In this document: positions 10,796 through 25,495 of the stretch, piece after piece
How positions within the stretch are numbered: position 1 is the stretch's first letter
Layout of the letters: every line of letters starts with the position of its first letter
NCBI RefSeq assembly: GCF_036321535.1
Contig: NC_087451.1
Span: forward strand, 27,714,001-27,778,000
DNA from: Camelus dromedarius
Taxonomy: Eukaryota
Direction: 5' to 3'
Length of the DNA stretch: 64,000 nucleotides
The notes under the pieces: model-generated
The model's input: only the letters and a program-made list of their open reading frames with translations
Told to the model about the DNA's origin: nothing
Database searches by the model: none
Translations under genes and position numbers: made by a program

Positions 10796-12769
10796 CACCA
10801 ATGCTGATTTGCGCTGAGCAGTTTCTGCTGAGGAGGCGGTGGCCAGAGGGCGCGGGGGCCACCTGCAGCTCCTGGGCCATCCCTCAGCGTGCTGCCAGAG
10901 AAGGGCCTAGACTGAGCCTGGCTGAGGAAGGAGGCAGCTGTCAGGGGCCAGGGTCCTCTGGCGGTGAGGGGCAGCCTCCCAAGGAAGGGGCTCAGCAGTG
11001 TCCTCTGGGTGGGGAGCAAGGGGAGGAGGAGGGGGAAGGAACCCTAGGCACTCACCAGCCCCACATGCCCTCCCCTGCCCCTTGGGCTTTCCTGCCTCCT
11101 GGCAGCAGAGCCCCAGCAGCTTACAGGCACAGGGTCCCAGGGCTCCCTGTGCTGGTGCTGTGCCCAGCAAGAGAGAAACTGCCCACCTGCCCACTGGGGA
11201 GGGCACACGCACAGGGTCCTTTAACCTGGAGAGGCAGGTGTCTTGAGTTTAGCAGCAGATCCCGGAGGTGTGGAGCTGCTGTGTTTGGAGGTGTCCTGAG
11301 GACCCTGCCTGACATCGGGGTGGGGGTGCGTTATCAGGTGACCAAGCAGTTTCTGGGTCACACCCTACCCAGACCATGGGGAGGCTGGGATGGTTTTCCT
11401 TCCTTGTCTAACCAAATTTCTGAAATGAGCTATCTGTCACCAACTCCCCAATTTCCTCACTGTCCTGTGGACTTCTGCTCTCACAGCTCCACCCACCCTA
11501 AGCTTCAAAGAACCTGGTGGGGGGAGATGGAGGAGGGGAGTGGTTCCAGTCTCATGATAGGCACGGCATATGTCCTCTGTCCTCTGGGAGGCTGGCCTGG
11601 GGATTGTCCTGATGATGCCCGCTCCCTGGACCAGGGACTCTCACTTCCTGGGGGAGGGGCTTATCTGCTCTTGTCACTTGAGAAACAACACTTTTTAAAG
11701 GAGGGGCTCTGTTCTTTGACGGCAAACAGCTGGGTGAGAAGTGGTGGGAACCCCGCCCAGGTTTGTGTCTCTGGGTCTGAGTCTGGGCCACTCCTCGAGC
11801 AGTCCATCCCAGACAGGAACTTACTGCAGCTCTCCCCTGCACCTGCACACAAGGGTGAGGACTGAACACCAGGACAGACAAACATCTGCGGAGACCTGGA
11901 AATCGGCCATGTACACATGCTCACTACACAGTGGTCTGGTGCTCCTGGTTATTGTGTCAAGGAGAACTCACAGCCCTGCTTCTGGGGCACAAACATCCAA
12001 GCAATGCTGAAATTACTTTAGAACAGCCTGTCATCACTTAAGATAGAGAACAGAGAGAATAAAGCTGCTCTCTCTCTCCCTGGTGGGGGACGGGTTGTCA
12101 GTGATGATTGCTCTTAACCCTGCTGCTGACTGGGACCCCAGACTATCCTGAAGCCCAGACAGACTCAACGCATATGAACCCCGCACACATCCTCAGGGAG
12201 ACAGGACTGGAGCCCTGTTCTCCCAAAAACCCAGGGCCAAAAAAGTTCCACAGATGCTGCAGACAAGATGTCAAGAGACACAGGGTGCTCGGTGCGAACT
12301 GGGGACAACAGGATCATCTTCCTGTCTGCTAGCTGACACCACCCACCCCGAGCTTGAGGAGGTCCACGTGGTAACAGGCCTGTGGTCCCCCATGTCAGGC
12401 AGCTTCCAAAGGGCCCCTGAGCCTTAGAAGAGACTTGCAGAAGAGAGACTCCAGGCGGGAAGGAGTCCAGCTCGCAGGGGGTGACCTAGACTTCCCAGGT
12501 GCCTCCCGGTTCTGAGATCCCGAGAAGGCATGAGATACCGTTTTGGAGCCTCCTGGAACAATAAAAAAAAACTTAAGTGACAAAATATAGTATCAAAACA
12601 GTGATATACTGCAAATTTTTTTTGTAAATTGTTTTCAATTCTCTCCTCTCAAAAAAGCAAGAAAACAAACAAAACAGCAAAAAAAAAAAAAAAAAAAGCA
12701 ATACAAGAAAGAAGAGAAAGAAAAAATGCTACACAGTTGGGCTCCTCCAAACGCGACGATCAAGTCAGT

Positions 12770-13817
12770 AACAGTAAGCGTGGGCCACGTGGTCAGGGAC
12801 GCAGCCTGACCTGTCGGTGTCCGTGGCCAACGACAGGGTCCCGTGTGGGGAGCCCCCGCCCAGGGCCGCTCTTTGAGGGCCGGGCTCCCGCCGCCCCTCC
12901 CCCGGCGCTCTCAGTTCCCAGGAGCGGTCCTGGGTCCCCAAGGAGGGGCCCAAGGGGAGGGGGGATTCGGAGGCCGAGGTCCAGAGGGAGGAGGTCCGGT
13001 GGACCAGGGTCCGCGGCCGCGGATCCAGGGGCGTAGGTCCCGAGGAGCGGGGGTCCGCGGGACGTTCCGAAGGGGCGCGGATTCGGGGGCATGGATGCCG
13101 GCGGGACTGGGTCTGGGGGCCGGAGTCCGAAGAACGCGGGATCGGGAGCGCCGGGGAGACAGGGCCCCACGGGAGGGGGCGGGGGCGAGCAGATGATGCA
13201 ATGGCTCCTCGGCACCGCCCGCGGCCTCGGATTGGTCGGCGCCAAGGCGACCGCGCCTCGGACTGGCTGGGGCGCCGAGGGCGGGGCCGCTGGGCACGGG
13301 TGCCGCGTGGCGGGCGCAGTGCTTCGGAGAGGGGGCGACCCTTGTGGGGTAACTGGGTAACTCGGAGCCAGACTCCGGTCCGGCTCCGGCGGGCGGTGGT
13401 TCCGCTAGGCAGAGGGAGATGAGCGCCCGCGCCCTCGGCTCCGGCGTGGAGAGAGCTCTACCGGGGCTCTCAGACCTGGACAGGGTCCTTGGGCGTGGGG
13501 AGGCCGACTAGGGCTTGGGAGCGCCCGGGCGCCGATCGGTCCCCCTGCCCACGGCCAATTCCTGTCCCCTTACGGAGGCGAGCGCGCCCCTTCCTGCCCC
13601 TTGTCTGGGACCCTCGGGAGCAGGTCGGGAGGCTATGGTGGGCGGGAGCATCGGAGCAGGGGAGAATTAGACCGGCTAGGATGGGGGCGGTGGAGTGGCT
13701 AGGAGGCCGGGCACTGCCCGCCTAACTTCCTGCGCTGGATTCTGCCCCATTGTCCCGCATCTGCTCCTGCAGAGCCGGTGCCAGCTGTGAGGGCGTGGGC
13801 GCAAGCCTCCGGACACC

Positions 13818-13820
<3 letters not shown>
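12770..13820. promoter_or_regulatory. CpG island / PYCR1 promoter with C/EBP-ATF element, inverted CCAAT and non-coding first exon
   Basis: CpG-dense; TGATGCAAT 13194-13202; ATTGG 13231-13235; candidate donor GG|GTAACT at 13349; acceptor before 13773. Confidence 0.8.
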
Positions 13821-17165
<3,345 letters not shown>

Positions 17166-17763
17166 GGTGCCCAACGTGCCTTCTCCTCCTGGGCTCAGAG
17201 CTCCTCGCTGGGTGTCTAGCTCCGGGCCGCACAGGGTATCCTCATCATGGCCCACTGCCCACGGCTCTGGTCCACTCGCTTCAGTGGGGCTGGAGCCAGG
17301 GAGTGCGCATGTCACTTCCCAGTGGGAACCTCCACAGTCCCTGACTGTCCTGGTCCAGAACAGGGAAGGATTCTCTCAGCTCAGTGCCCTCTTCCTCTAC
17401 CCCCAAACCAAGTCACTTTCCTCCAGAGCTCAGGAGGCCTGGGGGTCTCCACCCCCCGCGGTCAGCTGGCTTGACCTTGAGCACAAAAGGTCAAGGTCCC
17501 CCCTCCACTCACCCCCCAACCATGAAGGCCCAGCCAAGGAGGGAACCCACTCCTGACCTCTCTCCACCCTCCAGTCACAACTCCTTCCTCAGTGTGGGAA
17601 GGACCCAAGGGTCCCTGGCATCCAGCAGGAGGGACTCTGGTTCTTGGCCAGCTGGACATTTGAGAAAAGGGCTCTCAGATGGTTCAACTTCCGAGGCCAT
17701 CAGCACACTCACACCATCATCTTCTGTTCCTGACCCGACCCGCAGACGTCTGACTTTAGGTTA

Positions 17764-17769
17764 AATAAA
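17764..17769 (+). terminator. PYCR1 poly(A) signal
   Basis: AATAAA about 600 nt after the stop codon. Confidence 0.8.
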
Positions 17770-20539
17770 TTGATTTCCAGTCCCAGTGCCCTGACTTCTA
17801 ACTCTGTTGCCACATGTGGAGGGAGGCCCCCCCGCCCTGTGCCAGAGGGCTGTCGCTGCCCAGTGTAATGCTGGAGACTGAGCCGACAGCCCACAGGCCT
17901 GGAGCTCTTCGTCCTGAGGCAGCCATCCTGGCTGGTGGGGCTCAGTTTCCCAGTGAGCAGAGGACGAAGGAGCTTCTGGAAAGGTGCTGCCCCTTGGGCC
18001 GTGGTCACTAGAGGCGTGACTGGAAGTGGGCACTGTAGGCTGGGCTTGGCATACCCCGCTGTGGGAGGGGCCCAGCCACAGCATCTCCTGTGCCTCCCAC
18101 TTTGGTGGGGGCAGATGTGTCCCCATCTCACCAAGGCAAGGCCAGGGGCAGGTGAGGAAGGAACACCCTAGGAAGGTGTATTAGGGTTCCCCAGAGCAAC
18201 CACTGGCAGGAGATGGCCCAGTCAGGATGACATAAAATTAACCATCACAGGAGACCCACAGAGGAGCTGCTGAGGGTCAGAACCCTTTATGGGGCCAGGA
18301 TGGCTCACATTTGTTCAATCAACAAACAGTTACTGAGCAGAGACAGTAAAACAAGGCCCCTTGCCTCCAGAGGCTGATACACACACCCCCTACCTGGGTG
18401 AGTATGTCAGAGGAGCGGGGCTGAGTGACTGTAGGGCATTAGGTGGGGGGTACCCAGGTGACGTGTTGGGTCCCTTGAGGGGCAGGGGTGGGGTTCAGGA
18501 GAGCTTCCAGGCAGAAGTTTTCCAGGAACCACACTGCAAGGTCACATCTCCGATTCATTTCATTCCCCTGGGCCCACTTAGAACCAAAGCGCAGTGCACG
18601 TTGGGTGGGTAGGGGGAGCTCTCTGGGGACAGGGACACAGCCTTGCAAATCTAAGGGAGAAAGGAGACACGGAAAACAAGAAAACACGTAACAGAGCAAG
18701 TGAGAGGCAAGACTGCATCCCTCATCCCAATCAGTCCCCATGTCCCAACTGCCGAAGTCTCTCGTGGGGCCTGGAGTCCCTGCAGGGTCCTCCTAAGGCA
18801 TGAGCCCCCAGCACAGGCCCCCACCCTGTGCTGTGAGCTCCCTGGCAGAGACCTGGAGGTGCAGGGAAACCCTGGCACCCTCCCTTTGAGGAAAAGATTT
18901 CCCAGAAGAGATTGTCTCACAGGCCACACATCTGCCCAGGACCAAAGCTGTCCCCTAACTGTCCCCTAACTTTCCCCTTCAAGTCGAGGCCAGCCTCACT
19001 GAGCACCTGCTGCGTGTCAGGTGCTGACCAATAAGACGAGGGGGGCGTGCTGCTGTAACAGGTGCCCAGGGTCCAGGGTCTGGAGGAAGCCAGCAGGTGA
19101 CTGTGGAGTGAGCGATCACACATCACAGCCTTGCAGGAGGCAAGGGGCCTGGGCGAGCTTTGCAGAGGCTTTGCACCAACCCATGAAGAACACTCCAGAT
19201 TCAGCAGGCAGGAGTGCAAGCCTTGGTCCCAAACAAAGCAAAGGCCAGGGGTGGGGAAGTGGGCAGAGCCAGACAGGCTATGACTTTAAGTGAGCATCCA
19301 CCATCCCCAGGGCCAGTCACCTGGGCATCAGTGTTTCTGGATGGCACCACCGTCCCTGCTCAGGCGGGGTGACACTAAGTGAAGAGACAGGATCCACCAT
19401 AACCCGTGTGGCCCGCCAAAGCCCTGCCACAGGGACTGTGTGCTCACCACCCAAGGACAGCTTGGACCCACATGCCTGCTGAGCAGATCCAGGAGAAGGA
19501 GGTAGTGGCTGGTGGTGAGGATGCTGGAGGAGACGGGGCCTCTTTCTTGGCATCAGGAGTAAGTCTTTGTGGTTTAGTACATGAAGAGTTGAGGGCTTTA
19601 GAAGTCATGGCTCAGGTATATGAAGGCCCCAGAGTCTGTGAGATGTGGGGTACACCCAGTGCAGGGGGACACACCTGGCGCTTAAAGAGCACAGGATGAT
19701 CGGACAACCACATGCAACCCTGCAAAGCAGGTGACAAGGTGCTGTGGGATTCAGAGGGAAGCTACTGGAGTCCAGTAGGGAGAGCTTCTGACCCCGCGAT
19801 GCCCCCTGGCTCTGGGGGCCTCCTGGGTTGGCCCTCATCATTCATTCACTGAATTCCCCTGAGGACTCCGCAGCCTGTCCTTCGCTCCTCCTCTTTCAGC
19901 TCACCTGATCCCACGAGCCTCCCTGGCAGGGTAGGTCACCCTACCTGGTTTTACACCTGGGAAGGGAAGTCCAGAATTTGGAAGTAGAAACGGGATCCCT
20001 TCAAATTGCCTTCCTCTTTTGGCCACCTCTTTCTCTGGGAATTTCAAATAGCGGTGAGAACTCCTTACAGAAAGCGCAGGAGCAGACATAGACTGGTGAC
20101 CTCAGTTCCAGGCAGATGTTGATGAAACGGGAAAGGAAAGGTGCAGTTCCTACACCAACTATCATTCAACAAATGTTTACCGCACACCCACTCTGAGCAG
20201 GAGTCGTTCTAGGAGCCGCCTGAGCCCTTGCCACTAGTGTGAGATCTCGGGGCGTTGGGTGAAGGCAGACCACGCTACTCAGAAGACCCTGGAGGTGGTC
20301 TTGAGACCTAAGTTTGAATCCTGGACAAGCCCTTCACCTCCCGGAGCCTGCGGGTCATCTGTGAGCCAAGCCACTGTTCCCGGCAGGGCTGAGGCCCGCT
20401 CCACAGTTGAAGAGGCAGTGCGTGCAGAGCCTGCCAGGTGGTATCAGAAACACCATGAGAATCTTCTGCATTATGCGTGGGTACTTCAGGTCCGCACCTG
20501 GCCCCCGCACACGTGGCTTTTAAAGTCTCTACTCACAAG

Positions 20540-21590
20540 GCTCAGGGAAGCAGCTTAGCGGCTCCAGGAGGCCCCCGCCCGGAGGGGGCGTGGCCAACGG
20601 GGGAGCGCGCGCCCGTGCTAGTCCCGCGAGACCTCACCCGGCGGGAGCGGCGCGCGTTGCCCAGGCAACGGAGGCCGGGCGCGCAGGCGTANNNNNNNNN
20701 NNNNNNNNNNNNNNNNNNNNNNNNNNNNNNNNNNNNNNNNNNNNNNNNNNNNNNNNNNNNNNNNNNNNNNNNNNNNNNNNNNNNNNNNNNNNNNNNNNNN
20801 NNNNNNNNNNNNNNNNNNNNNNNNNNNNNNNNNNNNNNNNNNNNNNNNNNNNNNNNNNNNNNNNNNNNNNNNNNNNNNNTGGTCCGGCCCGGCCTTCCCA
20901 GCGCGCTCGGCCCGGCCCGCTCAGGCGGCGAGCCCCCACCCAGGGCCCGGAGCTCCCGCGCGGCCCAGCCCCGCGCGGCCTCGGAGTGCCCGCCTCGCCC
21001 CGCCCCGGCCTCGGCCCGCCGGGCCCGCAGTGTGGTGGGTGAGTGCGGCGGCCGCCCGGGCCGGGGCGGGGGCGGGGGCCGGGCTGGGGTCGGCCAGGGG
21101 CGCCTGAGGGCTCCGAGTCGGGGGCAGAGGCCAGCGGAGCCGCGGCTCCTCCTGGCCACCTGGGTCCGCGCGGGCTGGGCGCTCCGGGCTTCGGGTCTGC
21201 CCCGCGCCGTGCTGGCGGCCCGTGCCTCGATTTCCCCACTGGTCAGGAGCGGCTCCTGGCTCCTGCGCCCGGGGTGCTGGGGTGGGCGCGGGGGTCCGCG
21301 GGGGGCGGCGCGGGGCTGCGTGGGGCTGGCTCCGTGGAGCCCGGGCGTCCTGGAGGGAGGGGCGGTGGGGGTGGCGGGAGGAAAGGGTGGGGTCGAGCGG
21401 GGCACCCAGGGCTCCACCGAAGAACACGTCGGCCCCGGCCTGAGCTGCTGATTCATCAGGTGTCTATGTCAACGCCTCCCCGGCGCGGGGGTCCTCGGCG
21501 GGCTGGGGGAGGAGGCGGCACGTGAGGGGGCTGGGAAGACCCTGCTCGCGCCGGCTTCGCTCCGTCACACGCTGCCAGAGCCCAGAGGGA
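20540..21590. promoter_or_regulatory. CpG island / MAFG promoter and non-coding exon 1 (contains N-run 20692-20879)
   Basis: Extreme CpG density; strong donor TGG|GTGAGT at 21038/21039; X-box palindrome at 20656-20669. Confidence 0.85.
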
Positions 21591-21594
21591 GACT

Positions 21595-21605
21595 TGCTGA
21601 GTCAT
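21595..21605. promoter_or_regulatory. ARE / NF-E2 site in MAFG intron 1
   Basis: TGCTGAGTCAT, the consensus CNC-sMAF site. Confidence 0.65.
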
Positions 21606-24529
21606 CAGCATGAGGTCACTCGATGCTTGTCCTGGTGCCTGGGGGGATTTGAGCTAGGGGCCTGAGAGGCCGGGAAACGTGGGGTGAGCGCGAAACGGTG
21701 GGGAGTGGGAAGGGGCCAGGCCCCGAGCTCGGTCTCCTGTTTAAGTTTGGGCTGATGTGCGGGTTGAAAAAAGGGTGAGTGGGCAGTAAATGAAGGGGTC
21801 TCAGTGCAGGTTTCCCCCAGGGTGGCAGGTAAAGTCCCCGGCCTGTCCATCCCCTCCCAGGCAGGCTCTTCGCAGGCTACTGGTCTCTGACCTGCGTCTG
21901 GGACAGTTCCCCAAACTGGGAAATAGTTCTCTGAGTAAGAGAGGGGAGGAGCTTAGGGGGGCCGTGCTTGCGGGGCCGGGAAGCAGGCCTCCCTTATGAC
22001 TGGTCAGGTTGGCTAGGCTGGGCAGCCTCTGGGAAGGGAGGAGAGGGAGAAAGACGGGTGCCTGTCCTGGGTGACAGTGGACAGGACAGGGGACAAGTAG
22101 GCGCAGCTGTACCAGGAAATTGCAAATGAGAGGAAGCAGCAGGACTTAGACTTCAGGGGAGCGAGGTGTCTGGTGAGCAGGCCCTGCCTCTCTTTGTAGC
22201 CTGGCCTTGTGGTCTGGATTGAGGCTGAGGATGGTGGTAGCTTTGAGGCCTCCTAGCCTTCAGGGCGTAGCAGGTGGGCTGGTGTGGATGGCATGAGTCC
22301 AAGAATCCTAATCACCTCACAGTTGTCCCACTTGAGTTTGGGACTCAGTGTTGTGCAGGTTGGCAAAGTACGTGGCCCTGATGGGTGTTGGACCAGGTGG
22401 TGGGGACTCCCGGGGAGTGACAGCCTGAGGGTGGTTTGGCCTGAGCCACTTTTCCTGGGTGTGTGGGTGGTTTCTGGTCTCCAGAGGCGAAGGAGTGTTT
22501 CGTCTAGACCAGAGCTGATCCTTCTTGCCCAGGAGTTCGTGGCTGGGTAAGGCTGACCTTGTGGTTGGTTCTCAGGGATGCCCCCCCACACCGTGCCCCC
22601 CCCCCCCACGGAGCCCTGGGCTTTTAGATGCCAGATGTTTTAACATTTCTGCTGATCTTTTGGCTGGAATTTTATGCCCTAGAAAAATGCAGATTCCTGG
22701 AGGGGTATTTCTTTAAATCTTCTCAGTTACTTCTGTTTTGGTGGAAATTAAGCTCTAGACTTTTTCCAGAGGGCTTCTGGAGGAGGCATTTCTGAAGGGC
22801 AGGGTAGGAGTGTGGCGGGCTAGGTGGGGGTGCTAGAGCACCCAAGGCCATGCCCACCTGGGAGGTTTGGCCATGGTGTTTGCAGGAAAGGAGAAGGCGC
22901 AGAGGCTGTCTGGCTTCCTTTCTGGTGTCCATGCTCTGGAGTTTGGGCCCAGGGGAAGGGGTTGGAGTGCTCAGCTTGAGTGGGTGGTCATGGGTACCTT
23001 GGCGGATTCGGGCCCTTTGGACCACCCATGCTTACTCCGCAAGGTGGGCTCAGCCTGGGAGGGTTGGGGGCAGCTTCTGCTGGATCCAGCCTCTGGGATC
23101 CTCGCCTTCTGGCTTCTAGAGATACCCTGAGCCATCAGTCTCAGCCCATGCCCAAAGGCTGGCTGTGTCCTGCCATGTGTGTCCCCAGGTAGCAGAGACT
23201 GGGCCAGGAGGCTGGAAGCACCGGCTCTGCTGAGACCTGCCCCTCCCCCACCACAGGGCTCGCACACCTTTGATTCCGAGGCCGTTGGCTGCACTTGTGC
23301 TGAGTTCAGGGCTTCTGTGGAGGGTGAAATCTGTCGAGGAGGCACTTTTCGGATCCCAGCCGCCACGCTCTGCACTTTTCTGTGCGATCTCTTCAGGAAG
23401 TCACCGTGTGCTCAGTGTCCGGGGGTGGAGGGAGGATGGCGGGTGGGAGAAGCTGCTGCCAGCGCTTTTTCTGTGGGCTGTCGGTGGTGGGACCAGTGCG
23501 GTGACCCTGTACCCCTACTCTGGCTCAAGGCCGGTGGGAGGTCTCTTCCAGCGCCTCCCGGAGGCCTTGCTCCCTGGGTAGGTGTGGGGTCCTGAGGCTC
23601 TTCTGATCTCCAGCTCCTCTGCACCATCCCCGGCGCAAGGCTGGGTGAGGAGAGGTCTCTGCCCTGAGTGAGCCTGTGCCTCCCCCTCACCACGCTCTGC
23701 TCCCTGACAAGGACAAGGAAGCATCCCAGTCCAGTCCGCATTAGGCCTCCACTTACCTCCCTGTGTCTGACTCGGAAGTCACGGCCGGAGTGGAGAGCGG
23801 AGGGGAACCAGGAATCCCAGGGTTAGGTGGATAAAAATGTTGCTGGCAGGGCTGCAGTAAGTGAGGGCAGGGTGTGGAAAGGGTGACCAAGTAGGTGGGA
23901 GGGGACCCTCTGGTTTTTGTTCCCTGCCTTGTGGGTGCTGACCCTGGTCAGGGTACTGGAGAACAGTTGGTGGCCCAGAGAGGGGCTGAGGTGGCCCCCT
24001 CTGGGCATCTTGTGGGCGCTCTTGTGAAACACCCTGGATGGGGTGGGGCAGGGGCACAAGAGGCTGTAACCCAAAGCCACAGGATGGTTACTCCATCAGC
24101 AGCAGAGGTGGACAGACAGGGCGGAGGGGCCTGGGGCCCGAGCTTTTCCAGCAGGGGTGTCTGCCACCGGGAGGTGGGGGACTCCCACCAGTGCGAAGAC
24201 AGACTCAGAGCTGGTTGGACAACCCTGGCTGATTCTCTTCACAGTGAGCAGTCTGGGAGGAGTCACTCTCCCACTTCTCCCCGGTGGGGACGGCCCCCCA
24301 AGCCTTTGTGGGAGCAGGGCTTTGTCCCAAGCGGGCTTAGGGGAGGTGGCTGCAGTGAGTAGAGCCTGGGAATGCACACACACAGGGTCTCTGGTCCAGC
24401 CCTCACCTGCCATTGGCTAGGCTGGCCTTTCTGGCCCCAGCAGCTTGCTGGGCTGACAGTCCCCTGGGGCTGTGTTGGCTGGTGGCCTTGGGGAGTGCCA
24501 GGCCGGTGAGAGAGTGCGCGGGAGCGATG

Positions 24530-24542
24530 TGCTGAGTCAGCA
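24530..24542. promoter_or_regulatory. Perfect palindromic T-MARE in MAFG intron 1
   Basis: TGCTGAGTCAGCA, an exact 13-bp Maf recognition element 370 bp upstream of the ATG. Confidence 0.75.
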
Positions 24543-24909
24543 TGACTCGCCAGGAACAGCCAAGCTCTGGGGCGCACTGGGGTTATTTTTAAAGCTCCCG
24601 GCTTCCTTCTAGGCTGGCCCCTCCCGCATCCTTCTAATCTTTCTCCTGGCCCCTCTTCTTGCTTCTGCCTCCCTAACAGTCGTCCAGTTCCCCTTCCCCC
24701 ATCAGACCCTCCTGGCCTCCCACCTGGTTCCCTAGGGGCAGGGTGGACAGGGAGCAGCCCAGCTCGGGAGAGGCCTGAGGCCAGGTATCTGGGGGTGAGA
24801 GGGGGCTCAAGGGCTGTGTGTGGACTGGGGCAGGGCAGGGGGGCAGCCTCCAGGGTCCTGACCTGTGCTCCCTATCTCGCAGAGTGCCTGTTTGCTGTGC
24901 CCCCGGGTT

Positions 24910-25495
24910 ATGACGACCCCCAATAAAGGAAACAAGGCCTTGAAGGTGAGCAGACAGGGTGGGCACTGTCTTGGGGCTGGGGCGGCATCTGGGCGGGTGG
25001 CCCCCACTTGGCCCGTAACCTCGTGCCCTGTGCTCTCCGCAGGTGAAGCGGNNNNNNNNNNNNNNNNNNNNNNNNNNNNNNNNNNNNNNNNNNNNNNNNN
25101 NNNNNNNNNNNNNNNNNNNNNNNNNNNNNNNNNNNNNNNNNNNNNNNNNNNNNNNNNNNNNNNNNNNNNNNNNNNNNNNNNNNNNNNNNNNNNNNNNNNN
25201 NNNNNNNNNNNNNNNNNNNNNNNNNNNNNNNNNNNNNNNGCTGGAAAAGCAGAAGGCGGAGCTGCAGCAGGAGGTGGAGAAGCTGGCCTCGGAAAACGCC
25301 AGCATGAAGCTAGAGCTCGACGCCCTGCGCTCCAAGTACGAGGCCCTGCAGAACTTCGCCAGGACCGTGGCCCGAAGCCCCGTGGCGCCAGCTCGAGGCC
25401 CCCTGGCTTCAGGCTTGGGGCCCCTCGTCCCTGGCAAGGTGGCCGCCACCAGCGTCATCACGATAGTCAAGTCCAAGACGGACGCCCGGTCGTAG
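24910..25495 (+). CDS. MAFG: Small Maf bZIP transcription factor MafG, 162 aa (bZIP core hidden by N-run 25052-25239)
   Basis: Exons 24910-24945 ([12 protein letters not shown]) and 25043-25495 (VKR...[36 protein letters not shown]...[13 protein letters not shown]). Total 489 nt. Confidence 0.96.

Noticed and set aside
10801-11865. 354-aa ORF downstream of MYADML2
   Set aside because: Low-complexity G/P/A/R composition, no family resemblance, starts right after a poly(A) signal; expected by chance at this GC content.
24922-24927. AATAAA near the MAFG start
   Set aside because: It is the Asn-Lys codons of MTTPNKG, not a poly(A) signal.
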